Origin: an uncultured Methylomirabilota bacterium
GTDB taxonomy: Bacteria > Methylomirabilota > Methylomirabilia > Methylomirabilales > 2-02-FULL-66-22
DNA length: 64,000 nt
Direction of reading: 5' to 3'
NCBI GenBank assembly: GCA_963845565.1
Contig: CAWJSJ010000005.1
Location: 544,001-608,000 of the forward strand
Positions 32,211-42,392 of this stretch are shown in pieces. The stretch's first letter is position 1; each line of letters begins with the position of its first letter. Below the pieces are notes generated by a model. The model was not told the DNA's origin and did not search any database. It was given only the letters and a program-made list of their open reading frames with translations. The position numbers and the translations under genes were made by a program.

Positions 32211-33310
32211 TCGTGGACGACGAGCGAGGCCTGCTGACGACGCTGGTGATGGCCTTTCGGACGCAGGGCTACCTGGCCGAAGGGGCCGCCTCGGGCGCGG
32301 AGGCGCTGGCGACCCTGGCGCGGGCCCCGTTCGACGTGGTGCTGACCGATCTCCGGATGGGGGGCATGGACGGCCTGACCCTGATGGAGCGGATCCGGGT
32401 CAGATTTCCGGAGACGGCCATCATCCTGATGACGGGCGCCGCGACGGTGGAGTCGGCGGTCAGCGCCCTCAAAGGGGGCGCCTCCGACTACCTCCTGAAA
32501 CCCTTCGGGCTGTCGGAGATCTTTCACGTGGTGCAGCGATGCCTGGAGGAGCATCGGTTGCGGCGCGAGAACGTCGAGCTGTCCGAGGTCAATCGTCGCC
32601 TGAAGGAACTGGATCAGCTCAAGTCCAATCTCCTGTCCGCCGTCAGCCACGAGTTTCGCACGCCGCTCACTATCATGCACGGCTGGCTGGATCTCTTGCT
32701 CACGGGGCAGTTCGGGCCGATCTCCGCCGCGCAGCGGGAGAGTCTGACGGCGGTGCACAAGAGCGCCACGCGTCTCGGGGGCCTCATCGAGAACCTGCTC
32801 GCCTTCGTCGAGTGCGAGCGCGGCGACGGGGTCCGCACCGCGGGAGCGGTGAGCCTGGCGGATCTCCTGCGGGAAGCGGCGGCGGCGCTGGCTGCCGAAT
32901 GTCGCGAGCGGCGGATTGCCCTCTCTGTGGACGTGGACCCCACTCTCCGGATGGTCCAGGGGGACGCCGAGCGTCTCCGCCTGCTGTTCTTCAACCTCCT
33001 GGAGAACGCCGTGAAATTCAACGAATCCGGCGGAACGGTGGCGGTGACCGCCCGGGAAGAGGGTGCCGGCGCCGAGGTGCGGATCACCAACAGCCACGGG
33101 ACGATCCCGCCCGGACAGGTGCAGGGCCTGCTGCAACCGTTCACGCAGGGAGATATGGGACCCAGCCGCCCGGCGCGCGGTCTGGGTCTGGGCCTGGCGG
33201 TGGCCCGGGCGATCGTCCACGCCCACGGGGGAACGCTGCAACTGGAGGGCGGCGAGGAGCAGGGCACCACGGTGTGCGTCCGCTTGCCGCTGGCGCGCGA
33301 AACAGCCTGA
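32195..33310 (+). CDS. Hybrid response regulator-histidine kinase (REC-HisKA-HATPase)
   Basis: ILIVDDE, LTDLRM, SHEFRTPLT, NLLENAVKF, GLGLGL; TTG start after GGGAGG. Confidence 0.88.
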   Translation: MPSILIVDDERGLLTTLVMAFRTQGYLAEGAASGAEALATLARAPFDVVLTDLRMGGMDGLTLMERIRVRFPETAIILMTGAATVESAVSALKGGASDYLLKPFGLSEIFHVVQRCLEEHRLRRENVELSEVNRRLKELDQLKSNLLSAVSHEFRTPLTIMHGWLDLLLTGQFGPISAAQRESLTAVHKSATRLGGLIENLLAFVECERGDGVRTAGAVSLADLLREAAAALAAECRERRIALSVDVDPTLRMVQGDAERLRLLFFNLLENAVKFNESGGTVAVTAREEGAGAEVRITNSHGTIPPGQVQGLLQPFTQGDMGPSRPARGLGLGLAVARAIVHAHGGTLQLEGGEEQGTTVCVRLPLARETA

Positions 33311-33325
33311 CGCCTGGTCGAGCGG

Positions 33326-33430
33326 CAATGGAATACCGACAACCGATACGAGAAATGTAAAACCGATAACCGACAACCGACCATATAATACGGTTGACCG
33401 GTTGTCGTGTCAGTTGTCGGTTTTAGATTG
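33326..33430. repeat. Family-A element (compound)
   Basis: CAATGGAATACCGACAACCGATA...AATGTAAAACCGATAACCGACAACCGAC...CAGTTGTCGGTTTTAGATTG. Confidence 0.8.
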
Positions 33431-33456
33431 AGCTTGCCACCACAGGGGAGTCTGTC

Positions 33457-34344
33457 ATGCCGGATGCGCCGCGCTTGGTCTTGGTGGACGGAAGCGCATC
33501 CTTGTATCGGGCCTTCCACGCCTTGCCCCCGCTGAGCAATTCCCGCGGGGTGCCGACCCACGCCGTCCTCGGCTTCACCACCATCCTGTTGAAACTGCTC
33601 CGGGAAGAGGAGCCGCAGGCGCTGGCGGTCGTCTTCGACGGGCCCGGCCCGACGGCCCGACACCGCGAGTTCCCCGCCTACAAGGCGCAGCGGCCGCCCA
33701 TGCCCGAGACGCTGGTCAGCCAGATTCCATTCGTGCAGCGGGTGCTCCAGGCGATGCGGGTTCCGGTCCTCATGATCGAGGGTGAAGAGGCGGACGACAT
33801 CCTGGGGACCGTCGCCGTCCAGGCGGCGGCCCAGTCGTATCTGGTGCGGGTGGTCACGGCGGACAAGGACCTGCTGCAGATCGTCGGAGCCCGCATCCTG
33901 GTGCGCGATCCGCTGGCGCCGCGGACCTTCGGGCCGGCCGAGGTGGAGCGACGCTACGGGATCGAGCCGGGGCAGGTGGCGGATTTCCTCGCCCTCATGG
34001 GGGACAGCAGCGACAACATTCCGGGCGTTCCGGGCGTGGGGGAGAAGACCGCCCGGGACCTGCTCCGGCGTTTCGGCAGCCTGGAGACGGTGCTGGCGCG
34101 GGCGGCCGAAGTGGAGCGGCCCAAGCTGCGGGAGGCGCTCCTGGCGCATGTCGAGCAGGCCCGGTTGAGCAAGCGATTGGCGACGATCCGGACGGATCTC
34201 CCGGTGCCCTGGGGGATGGCCGATCTCGCGCGCCGGGAGCCGGATGTGCCGGCCCTGCTGGCGATCTTCCGGGAACTGGAATTCACCCGGTTGGTCCAGC
34301 AGTTCAGCCAACCTGCCTTGGGTGGCATGGCCGATGATCTGTAA
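33457..34344 (+). CDS. Stand-alone 5'-3' exonuclease (PolA N-terminal/FEN domain only)
   Basis: LVDGS..YRAFHA, YKAQR, EADD, DKDLLQ, GDSSDNIPGVPGVGEKTA; ends after RELEF. Confidence 0.9.
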   Translation: MPDAPRLVLVDGSASLYRAFHALPPLSNSRGVPTHAVLGFTTILLKLLREEEPQALAVVFDGPGPTARHREFPAYKAQRPPMPETLVSQIPFVQRVLQAMRVPVLMIEGEEADDILGTVAVQAAAQSYLVRVVTADKDLLQIVGARILVRDPLAPRTFGPAEVERRYGIEPGQVADFLALMGDSSDNIPGVPGVGEKTARDLLRRFGSLETVLARAAEVERPKLREALLAHVEQARLSKRLATIRTDLPVPWGMADLARREPDVPALLAIFRELEFTRLVQQFSQPALGGMADDL

Positions 34345-34353
34345 CCCAAAGAC

Positions 34354-34440
34354 CAATGTAAAACCGAGAACCGACAACTGAAAACCGATCAACGATCTCC
34401 ATTGGTCGGTTGTCGGTTGTCGGTTGTCGGTTTGGAATTG
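34354..34440. repeat. Family-A heptamer palindromic element
   Basis: CAATGTAAAACCGAGAACCGACAACTGAAAACCGATCAA...TTGG(TCGGTTG)3TCGGTTTGGAATTG. Confidence 0.85.
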
Positions 34441-34452
34441 CACGGAGCCGAC

Positions 34453-35067
34453 ATGATTCTCGTCGGCCTGACCGGAGGCATCGCCGTCGGGAAGTCCACG
34501 GTGGCCGCCATGTTCGCGGCCCGGGGGGCTGCCGTGGTGGATGCCGATCGGATCAGTCGGAAACTCCAGGAGTCCGGAGCACCCTGCTACGCTGCCATCG
34601 TCGAGGAGTTCGGGAGGGGTATTCTGGACTCGGCCGGGCGTATTGACCGGCGGCGCCTGGGCGAGATCGTGTTCGCCGACCCCTCCCGCCGCGCCGCGCT
34701 CGAAGCCATCATGCATCCCGCCATCTGGGCCGCGTGCGAAGCCGAGATCCGCGCGGCGGCGGCAGCGGGGCGGGCGGTATGCGTGGTCGAGGCGGCCCTG
34801 ATCCTGGAGACGGGACAGCGGAGCCGATTCCAGCGGATCGTCGTGGTGACCGCCCCGACGGACGTCCAGGTCGAGCGCGTCGCGCGCGCCCGCGGCCTCA
34901 CGGAGGAAGAGGCGCGCCAGCGACTGGCGGCGCAGTGGGCGAACGCGGACAAGGCGTGCCAGGCCGATTACGTCATCGACAACGGCGGAGATTTGGCGGC
35001 GACCGACCGCCAGGTCGAGACCGTGTATTCCGCTTTACTCTGCATCGGGGACGCCCCCGCCACCTAG
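34453..35067 (+). CDS. coaE: Dephospho-CoA kinase
   Basis: GLTGGIAVGKSTV, VDAD, IDRRRLG, HP, ADYVIDNGG. Confidence 0.95.
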   Translation: MILVGLTGGIAVGKSTVAAMFAARGAAVVDADRISRKLQESGAPCYAAIVEEFGRGILDSAGRIDRRRLGEIVFADPSRRAALEAIMHPAIWAACEAEIRAAAAAGRAVCVVEAALILETGQRSRFQRIVVVTAPTDVQVERVARARGLTEEEARQRLAAQWANADKACQADYVIDNGGDLAATDRQVETVYSALLCIGDAPAT

Positions 35068-35466
35068 TCCAGGGTCGCGAAGCCGCTGAGCCTGGGACGC
35101 TGACCCTCGCGCTTCAGCTCATTCCCCGGTTAAGAACTGCGAGTCGCGAGGCGCGATTTCCCGAGGCAGACGCTCGGGAATTTGCGGCCGCTCATCGCGC
35201 GACTTGGCGGGGCTCACCAAAAAAGGTGGTGTCGGAATACTAGACACTTTCATGCATGTTCGGGATTCGCCGGGCAACGTTTTCAAGACGTTGACGCTTG
35301 GTACGGTCCGTGCTCCTGATTTCCCTGGCGGGCCATACTCTTCACGCCATCCCGTGCAATGCGGTCGCGGTGTTCAGTCGGCGCTCTTCGCGGCGTGAAG
35401 GAATGCGGATCGGAGTGGTGCGGTGTCGCGCCTCGGTTCGTGGGTGGCGATCGGCAGGGGGATCAT

Positions 35467-35961
35467 ATGACGATGCGCGCCTCCTCCGTGACGCGGATCG
35501 CGATCGGCGTGACGGCGCTGGGTGTCGGTCTTCTGGTGTATCTCGCCGATCGGCGTCCCGAGCAGATCTATTTCCTCCAGCGGATCGGCGTGACGCATGC
35601 CATGTATGAGGGCGCGTCAACGCTCTTTGGCTCCCTGGGCCAGAACCTGCCCGCGTTCATCCATGCGTTTGCCTTCGCGCTCATCACCGGGGGGATTCTC
35701 GCCTGCGGTCAGAGGGGGTCTCTGATCGTGGTGCTGGGGTGGTTTGCCACGGATGCCGCATTTGAGTTGGGTCAGAGGTTTCCAGCGTGGTCCGAACGGT
35801 TCGTTCCACGGTGGTTTGACTCGCTCCCTGTTCTGGAGAGCGCCCGTCCTTTCTTTCGCGACGGGACCTTCGACCCGTTGGATCTGTTCGCCATGGCCGT
35901 CGGTGCCGTGGCGGCCTATTTTCTTTTATTAGCGACGATGGAAGGGGGCCGATCATGTTGA
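35467..35961 (+). CDS. Hypothetical membrane protein (~4 TM)
   Basis: Hydrophobic segments; motifs LPAFIH, FELGQ, GTFDPLDL; SD GGGGGA. Confidence 0.65.
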   Translation: MTMRASSVTRIAIGVTALGVGLLVYLADRRPEQIYFLQRIGVTHAMYEGASTLFGSLGQNLPAFIHAFAFALITGGILACGQRGSLIVVLGWFATDAAFELGQRFPAWSERFVPRWFDSLPVLESARPFFRDGTFDPLDLFAMAVGAVAAYFLLLATMEGGRSC

Positions 35962-37613
35962 CGAGAAGAGGCATCTGGGCGGCGGTGGGACGGGCGCTTC
36001 GGTTCTCGGCTCTTTCGTTCGCCATCCTGTTCGGACTGGCAAGCATTATTGCCACCAGTGGGGGTGGTGGTGGCGGCGGTGGCGTTGGTGTGACCGGCAC
36101 CACTGGGGGCACCGGCACCGAAGGGGGCACCGGCACCGTGGCGTTGCTGGTCGGCGATGGACCGGCCGATGATTACGATCACATCTATGTCTACGTGACC
36201 AAGGTGTCCCTCATTCCCGCGCCGGGAAACGCCGCGGGCCAGGTCGTCATATTTCAATCGCCCACGCCCGCCGGTCACAGGGTTGACTTGCTTGCGTATC
36301 GTGACGAGGATTTCCTGCTCGGGATCAGGGGGGATGTCCCGGCGGGTCGGTACGAGAAGATCCGACTCGAGGTCGCGAGCGTCGAAGCCGTGGGTGGACC
36401 GTGCGACCTGGAACTGATCAAGCTGCCGAGCGGGAAGATCGATCTGAACCCCCGCGGCGGCTTCGAGGTGCGATCGGGCGAGTCCCTGGCCATCCGGCTG
36501 GACATGGACGCCAACAAGTCCATCAATCTGCATCCGGCGGGGAATTCCGGCAAGTGCATCTTCCGGCCCGTGGTGTTCGTGGACATCACCCCCGGCGCGC
36601 CGCTCCAGCGGTGTCCGGGGAATGTCACCGGGACGATCATCGAACTCGTTGACCGGGATAAGGACAGGACGGTCGACGGCTTCGTCCTCGACCTCACTGG
36701 AGCGCGAGGCCGCCTCACCGTGTGGCTGGAGCCCGACGCGCCGGTTTTCGCCGCGAATGGCCTTCCGGCAACGGTCGCAATCCTTGCCAAAGGCCAGCAG
36801 GTATGGGCCAGGGGACGCCTGGACGTCCTGGGGCGCTTCCGGGCGCGCGTGGCCGTCGTCGGGGAGGTGCTGACCGTTGACGGGACCGCCCAGGGTCCGG
36901 TGCAGACCCCGGCGAATCTCTTCCCGTTCCGACCCGATGCGGGACAGGAGCTGGTCGGCGATACGAACGTGCGGCTGTTCCAGGGCGACAGTCTCGTGTT
37001 TCGCGGTTGCGACGCCGAGGTGGGGTGGGACGCGATCGCGTCGGGTGTTCCCGCGCGCGTCTTCGGAAAACTCTTCACGCCGTCGCCGTCCGAGTTGCGT
37101 GCCGCCGTGGTCCTGCTGCGACAGGTCACGATCTCGGGCGAGGTTGTCGGGTTCGCCGACTCCGCGGAGGGTCGGCTACTCACCGTGCAGCCGCCTGGCG
37201 GTGTCCCGACGACAGAGGTCTTCGTCCCGACGGACACCCCGATCGTCCTCGAAGGGGACGGACGGGTTCCTCTGGATCTCGTCTGCACGGGGACACGGGT
37301 CCGCGTGCTCGTGGACCCCGACGCTTCCCAGGCGACGGCCACGGAGGTCACGGTGCTCACCGACTCCATCGAGGGCATGGTGACCGAGATCCGGGGCGGG
37401 CGCACGCTGATCGTGCGCCCGGCCGGGCAGGACGTCGGGACCGCCGTCCACGTTCGCGACGCCGCCACCATTCTCGACCAACGGAGCGACAACGACGCAT
37501 TGATGAGTTTCGAGCAGATCAAAGTCGGCGACCACCTCAAGGTATTCGGGTTAAAGCCGAGCTCGTGCAATCTGGCGTTCGAGGGGTTTGTGGTCCTGGT
37601 CGTGACGCCCTGA
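35955..37613 (+). CDS. Exported DUF4382-like protein followed by repeated small beta (DUF5666-like) domains
   Basis: Signal-like N-terminus + Gly/Thr linker; LVGDGP, VDLL, VPAGRYEKIRL, LPSGK, LDMDANKS, FRPV. Confidence 0.65.
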   Translation: MLTRRGIWAAVGRALRFSALSFAILFGLASIIATSGGGGGGGGVGVTGTTGGTGTEGGTGTVALLVGDGPADDYDHIYVYVTKVSLIPAPGNAAGQVVIFQSPTPAGHRVDLLAYRDEDFLLGIRGDVPAGRYEKIRLEVASVEAVGGPCDLELIKLPSGKIDLNPRGGFEVRSGESLAIRLDMDANKSINLHPAGNSGKCIFRPVVFVDITPGAPLQRCPGNVTGTIIELVDRDKDRTVDGFVLDLTGARGRLTVWLEPDAPVFAANGLPATVAILAKGQQVWARGRLDVLGRFRARVAVVGEVLTVDGTAQGPVQTPANLFPFRPDAGQELVGDTNVRLFQGDSLVFRGCDAEVGWDAIASGVPARVFGKLFTPSPSELRAAVVLLRQVTISGEVVGFADSAEGRLLTVQPPGGVPTTEVFVPTDTPIVLEGDGRVPLDLVCTGTRVRVLVDPDASQATATEVTVLTDSIEGMVTEIRGGRTLIVRPAGQDVGTAVHVRDAATILDQRSDNDALMSFEQIKVGDHLKVFGLKPSSCNLAFEGFVVLVVTP

Positions 37614-37719
37614 CGTCCCGGAGGTAGGCGGCGCTCGTGCGTGTTGCAGGAGCGCCGCGAACGGGGCGACGCTATTTCGCCGGCTCGCATCACGGGCGAC
37701 CGACCGCGGGCCTGCAGGT

Positions 37720-38820
37720 GTGTGGGGGATTGCAGTGGCTATTAGCGGAGTTGGGGGTGACGATCCTCGCCCCGGTCGCCGCTCGAGGTCTTGCGACCAG
37801 GGCGTGCGGCCCTGGCGCGTCCTGCTGGGCTTGTTGACCGTCGGCGCGCTCCTGACGCCGATTGGGTCGGCCTGGGCCGCGGGGAGTGGCGGGTCGCGAC
37901 AGGATCCGGGGCGGAATCCGTCACCGCTCCCCATAGGGTCCACACCCGTGGCGACTGCCGAGGTGTCGTTTGATGTGCCTCGGTGGTTCGCGACCGTCAT
38001 GGATCCGTCCACGACCCGGCTGCGACTCTACGGTGTGGGCGACGTCCTGGCGGACCCCAAGGGGGTCGGTGAGGGGTACCGGATCAGGCGGATCGAGGAG
38101 CACGGACTGCAACTCGGCGACCGCCCCGGGCACAAGGCGATCTGGATTCACTCGGGCAGCCTCATTCCGGGACGGCCCGGGTGGCGGCTGACGGGGACGC
38201 TGTGCCTGCGGGTCGTCGAGTATCGGTACGTGCCGACCGGCGGTCCGCTTGATGCGGAGCCGCGGGTGCTCGAACTGCGAGGCGATCATGCCGCGCTGGA
38301 GGTCGATATCTCGACGAACGCGCCGGCGTCCCTCGTCAGCCCGTCGGAGCGCAGGGAGGTTGGCCTCGCGTCCGCGGGGCGCGCCGCGGGAGGGAAGGAG
38401 TTTGAGCACACCCTGCTGGGACGCGTCCGCGTCACGCCGACGGCTGAGGACAGCTACGAGATCAACGCAGCGGACCTCAACGCGGCACTCGCGCACGGCG
38501 TCCAGTTCTTGGCGGAGACCTGGCCCAGGATCTGGCCGAGCGCGTCGTCTCAGTACGGGGTCAATTTCGACGTCCAGTCTCCAATTGCCGACGGGACGCT
38601 GGGCCCTCGTGGATTTCGGGTCACGAGCCCGAAACTGGCGGAACGCGGTGGCCTCGATGCCGGCGACGTCATCTTGGGCGTGAACGGTCAGCCCGTGAAG
38701 AGCTTCGCGGATGTCTTCCGGGTGTATAGTCAAATGGAGCGAGATCCGCAGGTCTCCATCATCCAACTCGACCTGGAACGGCAGGGACAACGGCTCACCA
38801 AGACGTATCGCATTCGCTGA
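37720..38820 (+). CDS. Hypothetical protein with C-terminal PDZ domain (GspC-like); start uncertain
   Basis: TM near N-terminus, GGLDAGDVILGVNGQPV and LERQGQRLTKTYRIR C-terminus. Confidence 0.55.
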   Translation: MWGIAVAISGVGGDDPRPGRRSRSCDQGVRPWRVLLGLLTVGALLTPIGSAWAAGSGGSRQDPGRNPSPLPIGSTPVATAEVSFDVPRWFATVMDPSTTRLRLYGVGDVLADPKGVGEGYRIRRIEEHGLQLGDRPGHKAIWIHSGSLIPGRPGWRLTGTLCLRVVEYRYVPTGGPLDAEPRVLELRGDHAALEVDISTNAPASLVSPSERREVGLASAGRAAGGKEFEHTLLGRVRVTPTAEDSYEINAADLNAALAHGVQFLAETWPRIWPSASSQYGVNFDVQSPIADGTLGPRGFRVTSPKLAERGGLDAGDVILGVNGQPVKSFADVFRVYSQMERDPQVSIIQLDLERQGQRLTKTYRIR

Positions 38821-38891
38821 CCGGAAATCCCCGGTTCCGACAGGTCGCCATCGCGGCGCGCGGCGCATCGGTCGGCACCCGGAAAAAAAAC

Positions 38892-38920
38892 TTGACAAGG
38901 CTCCGGGGCCTCTTTAGACT
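38892..38920 (+). promoter_or_regulatory. Sigma70-type promoter of rho
   Basis: A-tract followed by TTGACA-N17-TAGACT. Confidence 0.7.
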
Positions 38921-39200
38921 GCGCCTAACTTCGAGTTGTCCTCGCACCATCCCACTAACTTTTCCACTCTCGAGGCTTCGAAGGTCGAGTTCGCCCGCTG
39001 CCGTGTCGGGCCCAACAGGTGATTCGCGGGACCATCCAATCGACGGACAGGATGCCTCAGTTACATGTGCATCGCCACTTACGCGCGTCGTCGCGCCGGA
39101 CGCTGGAGCGCCCGGGGGCGGCGGTGCCTTCCGCGGCCGCGAGCCGCGCGCCTGAGCGGCGCGGGATCGTGACCCGACCCACCTCACCAAAGGAACTCCG

Positions 39201-40448
39201 ATGAATCTCGCCGAACTCAAAGAGAAGACCATCGCCGAGCTGACCGGTATCGCCCGCACCTTGAACGTGGTCGGGGCCAGCGGCCTCCGGAAACAGGAGA
39301 TGATCTTCAAGATCCTGGAGGCCCAGACCGAGAAGAACGGCCTGATCTTCGCCGAAGGCGTGCTGGAGATCCTGCCGGACGGCTTCGGGTTCCTGCGGGC
39401 GCCGGACTACAATTACCTGCCGGGGCCGGACGACATCTACGTCTCCCCCTCGCAGATCCGGCGGTTCGACCTGCGGACCGGAGACACGGTCTCCGGACAG
39501 GTCCGCCCCCCCAAAGAAGGGGAGCGATACTTCGCCCTCCTCAAGGTCGAAGCGGTCAACTTCGAGAACCCCGAGCTGGTCAAAGAGAAGATCCTCTTCG
39601 ACAACCTGACGCCACTGTTCCCGAATCAGCGCTTCCGGCTGGAGACGTCGAGCGAAGAGATCTCCATGCGCATCATGGATCTCATCACGCCGCTGGGGAA
39701 AGGGCAGCGCGGCCTGATCGTGTCGCCGCCCCGGACGGGTAAGACGGTTCTGCTCCAGAAGATCGCCAACAGCATCACCAAGAACCACCCCGAGGTGCTG
39801 CTGATCGTGCTCCTGATCGACGAGCGGCCGGAAGAGGTGACCGATTTCCAGCGCTCGGTCAAGGCCGAGGTCGTCAGCTCCACCTTCGACGAGCCGGCCA
39901 CGCGCCACGTCCAGGTGGCGGAGATGGTCATCGAGAAGGCCAAGCGGCTCACCGAGCACAAGCGGGACGTGGTCATCCTGCTGGATTCCATCACCCGCCT
40001 GGGGCGCGCCTACAACACCATCGTGCCCCCGAGCGGGAAGGTGCTGTCGGGCGGCGTGGACAGCAACGCCCTGCAGCGGCCCAAGCGGTTCTTCGGCGCC
40101 GCGCGTAACATCGAGGAGGGAGGCAGCCTCACCATCATCGCCACCGCCCTCATCGACACCGGCAGCCGCATGGATGACGTGATCTTCGAGGAGTTCAAGG
40201 GCACCGGCAACATGGAGCTGCACCTGGACCGCCGCCTCGTCGACAAGCGACTGTTCCCGGCCATCGACATCTTCCGCTCCGGGACCCGACGCGAGGAGCT
40301 GCTGCTCAGCCCGAACGAGCTCAACAAGATGTGGGTGCTCCGGAAGGTGCTGGGAACCATGGGCGTGGTGGAGGCCATGGAGCTCTTGCAGGAGAAGATC
40401 AAGGAGACCAAGAGCAACGACGACTTCCTGCGCGCCATGAACCAGTAG
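39201..40448 (+). CDS. rho: Transcription termination factor Rho
   Basis: [43 protein letters not shown]. Confidence 0.98.
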   Translation: MNLAELKEKTIAELTGIARTLNVVGASGLRKQEMIFKILEAQTEKNGLIFAEGVLEILPDGFGFLRAPDYNYLPGPDDIYVSPSQIRRFDLRTGDTVSGQVRPPKEGERYFALLKVEAVNFENPELVKEKILFDNLTPLFPNQRFRLETSSEEISMRIMDLITPLGKGQRGLIVSPPRTGKTVLLQKIANSITKNHPEVLLIVLLIDERPEEVTDFQRSVKAEVVSSTFDEPATRHVQVAEMVIEKAKRLTEHKRDVVILLDSITRLGRAYNTIVPPSGKVLSGGVDSNALQRPKRFFGAARNIEEGGSLTIIATALIDTGSRMDDVIFEEFKGTGNMELHLDRRLVDKRLFPAIDIFRSGTRREELLLSPNELNKMWVLRKVLGTMGVVEAMELLQEKIKETKSNDDFLRAMNQ

Positions 40449-40558
40449 GCGCCGGGCCCGCCGGGACGCTTTTCTCTTGCCGCGCCCGCGGGAATTGCTT
40501 ATCATACCGACCCGCGCGACCAAGCCGTTCCACAACGCGCGCCCGAGGAGGCGAAACC

Positions 40559-40792
40559 ATGAAAGCCGGGATTCACCCCGAGTACGTTCCTGCCATCGTC
40601 AGTTGCGCGTGTGGAGAGGTGATTCACACCCGCTCCACGGTGTCGGTCCTGAAGGTGGAAATCTGCTCCAAGTGCCACCCGCTGTTCACCGGCCGCCAGA
40701 AGCTGATCGACAGCGAGGGCCGCGTGGAGCGGTACCAGCGCAAATACGGGCGCAAGCCGGCGACGACCGAGCCGGGCACGGCCGGGGCTTAG
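40559..40792 (+). CDS. rpmE: 50S ribosomal protein L31 (Zn-binding type)
   Basis: [23 protein letters not shown]. Confidence 0.96.
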   Translation: MKAGIHPEYVPAIVSCACGEVIHTRSTVSVLKVEICSKCHPLFTGRQKLIDSEGRVERYQRKYGRKPATTEPGTAGA

Positions 40793-40945
40793 CAGGCTGC
40801 TGAAAAAGGCCCATCTGCTGCGTTGTCGCGCTCGCGCGGCGCTGCGGCGTACGCGCTAAGTACGCCTCGCACCTCGCCTCGCGCTCCGCCTTGCGGATAG
40901 ACCTTTTTGAGCAGCCTGAGCGAAAACGAGTTTTTCAGCATCCTG
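40793..40945. mobile_element. MITE with 15-bp terminal inverted repeats and TTAG target duplication
   Basis: TTAG|CAGGCTGCTGAAAAA...TTTTTCAGCATCCTG|TTAG; extra internal IR copy at ~40904-40918. Confidence 0.8.
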
Positions 40946-41315
40946 TTAGGATGCCGTGGCCTAGCCGGGATTGCCCAGGCGCCCCGCTCCCGGGCCTGCA
41001 CCCGGCCGGACGGGGAGGGGGATGTTCCCCATGAGCCGAACGTCTTCGACCGCCATGACCCCGCCGGCCGCCTGCGCGGCCGACGGGGTGTGGCGTTTGT
41101 CTATCCGGGCAGCCGAGTGGCGGCCCGCCCCCGGGATGTCGCTCCACCTGGACGCTCACCATCACCCGACCGCCGGCGGGCATCACCACTAGCCCGCCCC
41201 CTGCGGAGCCGGGTCCCGCTCTCGTCGCCGTTCCGCCGTTTCGTTTGCTGCTGCGTCTGATGTGCGGTCCCCGGGGCGCGTCGCCCGGACCGGTCATCCT
41301 TTCGACGAGGTTTCG

Positions 41316-42392
41316 ATGTCCACATTGATCGACAAGCTGGCTGCCATCGAGCGCCGCCACGGGGAGATCGTGCAGCGGCTCTCCGACCCGGCGGTGCTGG
41401 CGGATCCTGCGGAGTATCAGCGAGCGGCCAAATCGCACGCCGAGCTGAATCCGGCGGTGGAGGAGTACCACCACCTCAAGAAGCTGCTCCAAGAGATGGA
41501 GGGCGCGCGCGGCCTCCTGCAGGAGACCGTCGACGCGGAGATGCGCGAACTGGTCGCGGCGGAGCTGGCGGAGCTCGAACAGCGGCGGGCGGCGCTCGAG
41601 GCGGCGCTCGAACTCATGCTGCTCCCCAAGGATCCCGCCGACGAGCGGAACATCATCCTGGAGGTCCGGGCCGGCGCGGGCGGGGAAGAGGCCGGCCTGT
41701 TCGCGGCCGAGCTGTTCCGCATGTACCTGCGGTACGCCGAGACGCAGCGCTGGCGGGTGGAGATGATCGCGGGCAACGCCACCGGGATCGGCGGGGTGAA
41801 AGAGGCGATCTGCACGGTGGAGGGTCGCGGGGCGTACAGCCGGCTCAAGTTCGAGAGCGGCGTACACCGGGTGCAGCGGGTGCCCGCCACCGAGGCCAGC
41901 GGGCGGATCCACACCTCCACGGTCACGGTGGCGGTGCTCCCCGAAGCGGAGGAGGTGGACATCCAGATCAATGCGAATGATCTGCGCATCGATGTCTTTC
42001 GCTCCACCGGGCCCGGCGGGCAGAGCGTCAACACGACCGACTCGGCCGTCCGGATCACGCACTTGCCCAGCGGGCTGGTGGTGACCTGCCAGGACGAGAA
42101 GTCCCAGCACAAGAACAAGGCCAAAGCGCTCAAGGTCCTGCGCGCCCGCCTCTACGACCAGGAACTCACGCGGCGGAAGGCCGCCATCGATCAGAACCGC
42201 CGGACGCAGGTCGGGAGCGGCGAGCGGGCGGAGAAGATTCGCACCTACAATTTTCCCCAGAATCGGGTCACGGACCACCGCATCGGGCTCACCGCCCACA
42301 ACCTGAGCGCGGTGCTGGAGGGAGACCTGGACGACTTGATCCAGGCGCTGGCGGCCCACGACCAAGCGGAGCGCTTGAAGGCGCTGTCATGA
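41316..42392 (+). CDS. prfA: Peptide chain release factor 1
   Basis: [12 protein letters not shown] (PxT), [23 protein letters not shown]. Confidence 0.97.
   Translation: MSTLIDKLAAIERRHGEIVQRLSDPAVLADPAEYQRAAKSHAELNPAVEEYHHLKKLLQEMEGARGLLQETVDAEMRELVAAELAELEQRRAALEAALELMLLPKDPADERNIILEVRAGAGGEEAGLFAAELFRMYLRYAETQRWRVEMIAGNATGIGGVKEAICTVEGRGAYSRLKFESGVHRVQRVPATEASGRIHTSTVTVAVLPEAEEVDIQINANDLRIDVFRSTGPGGQSVNTTDSAVRITHLPSGLVVTCQDEKSQHKNKAKALKVLRARLYDQELTRRKAAIDQNRRTQVGSGERAEKIRTYNFPQNRVTDHRIGLTAHNLSAVLEGDLDDLIQALAAHDQAERLKALS

Noticed and set aside
36058..36137. GGT/GGCACC repeats as a DNA repeat element
   Set aside because: They simply encode a Gly/Thr linker of the exported protein.
41022..41192. 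His-rich small ORF (…DAHHHPTAGGHHH) between the MITE and prfA
   Set aside because: A G-rich SD-like stretch exists, but there is no family similarity I can recognise and overlapping frames are equally plausible.
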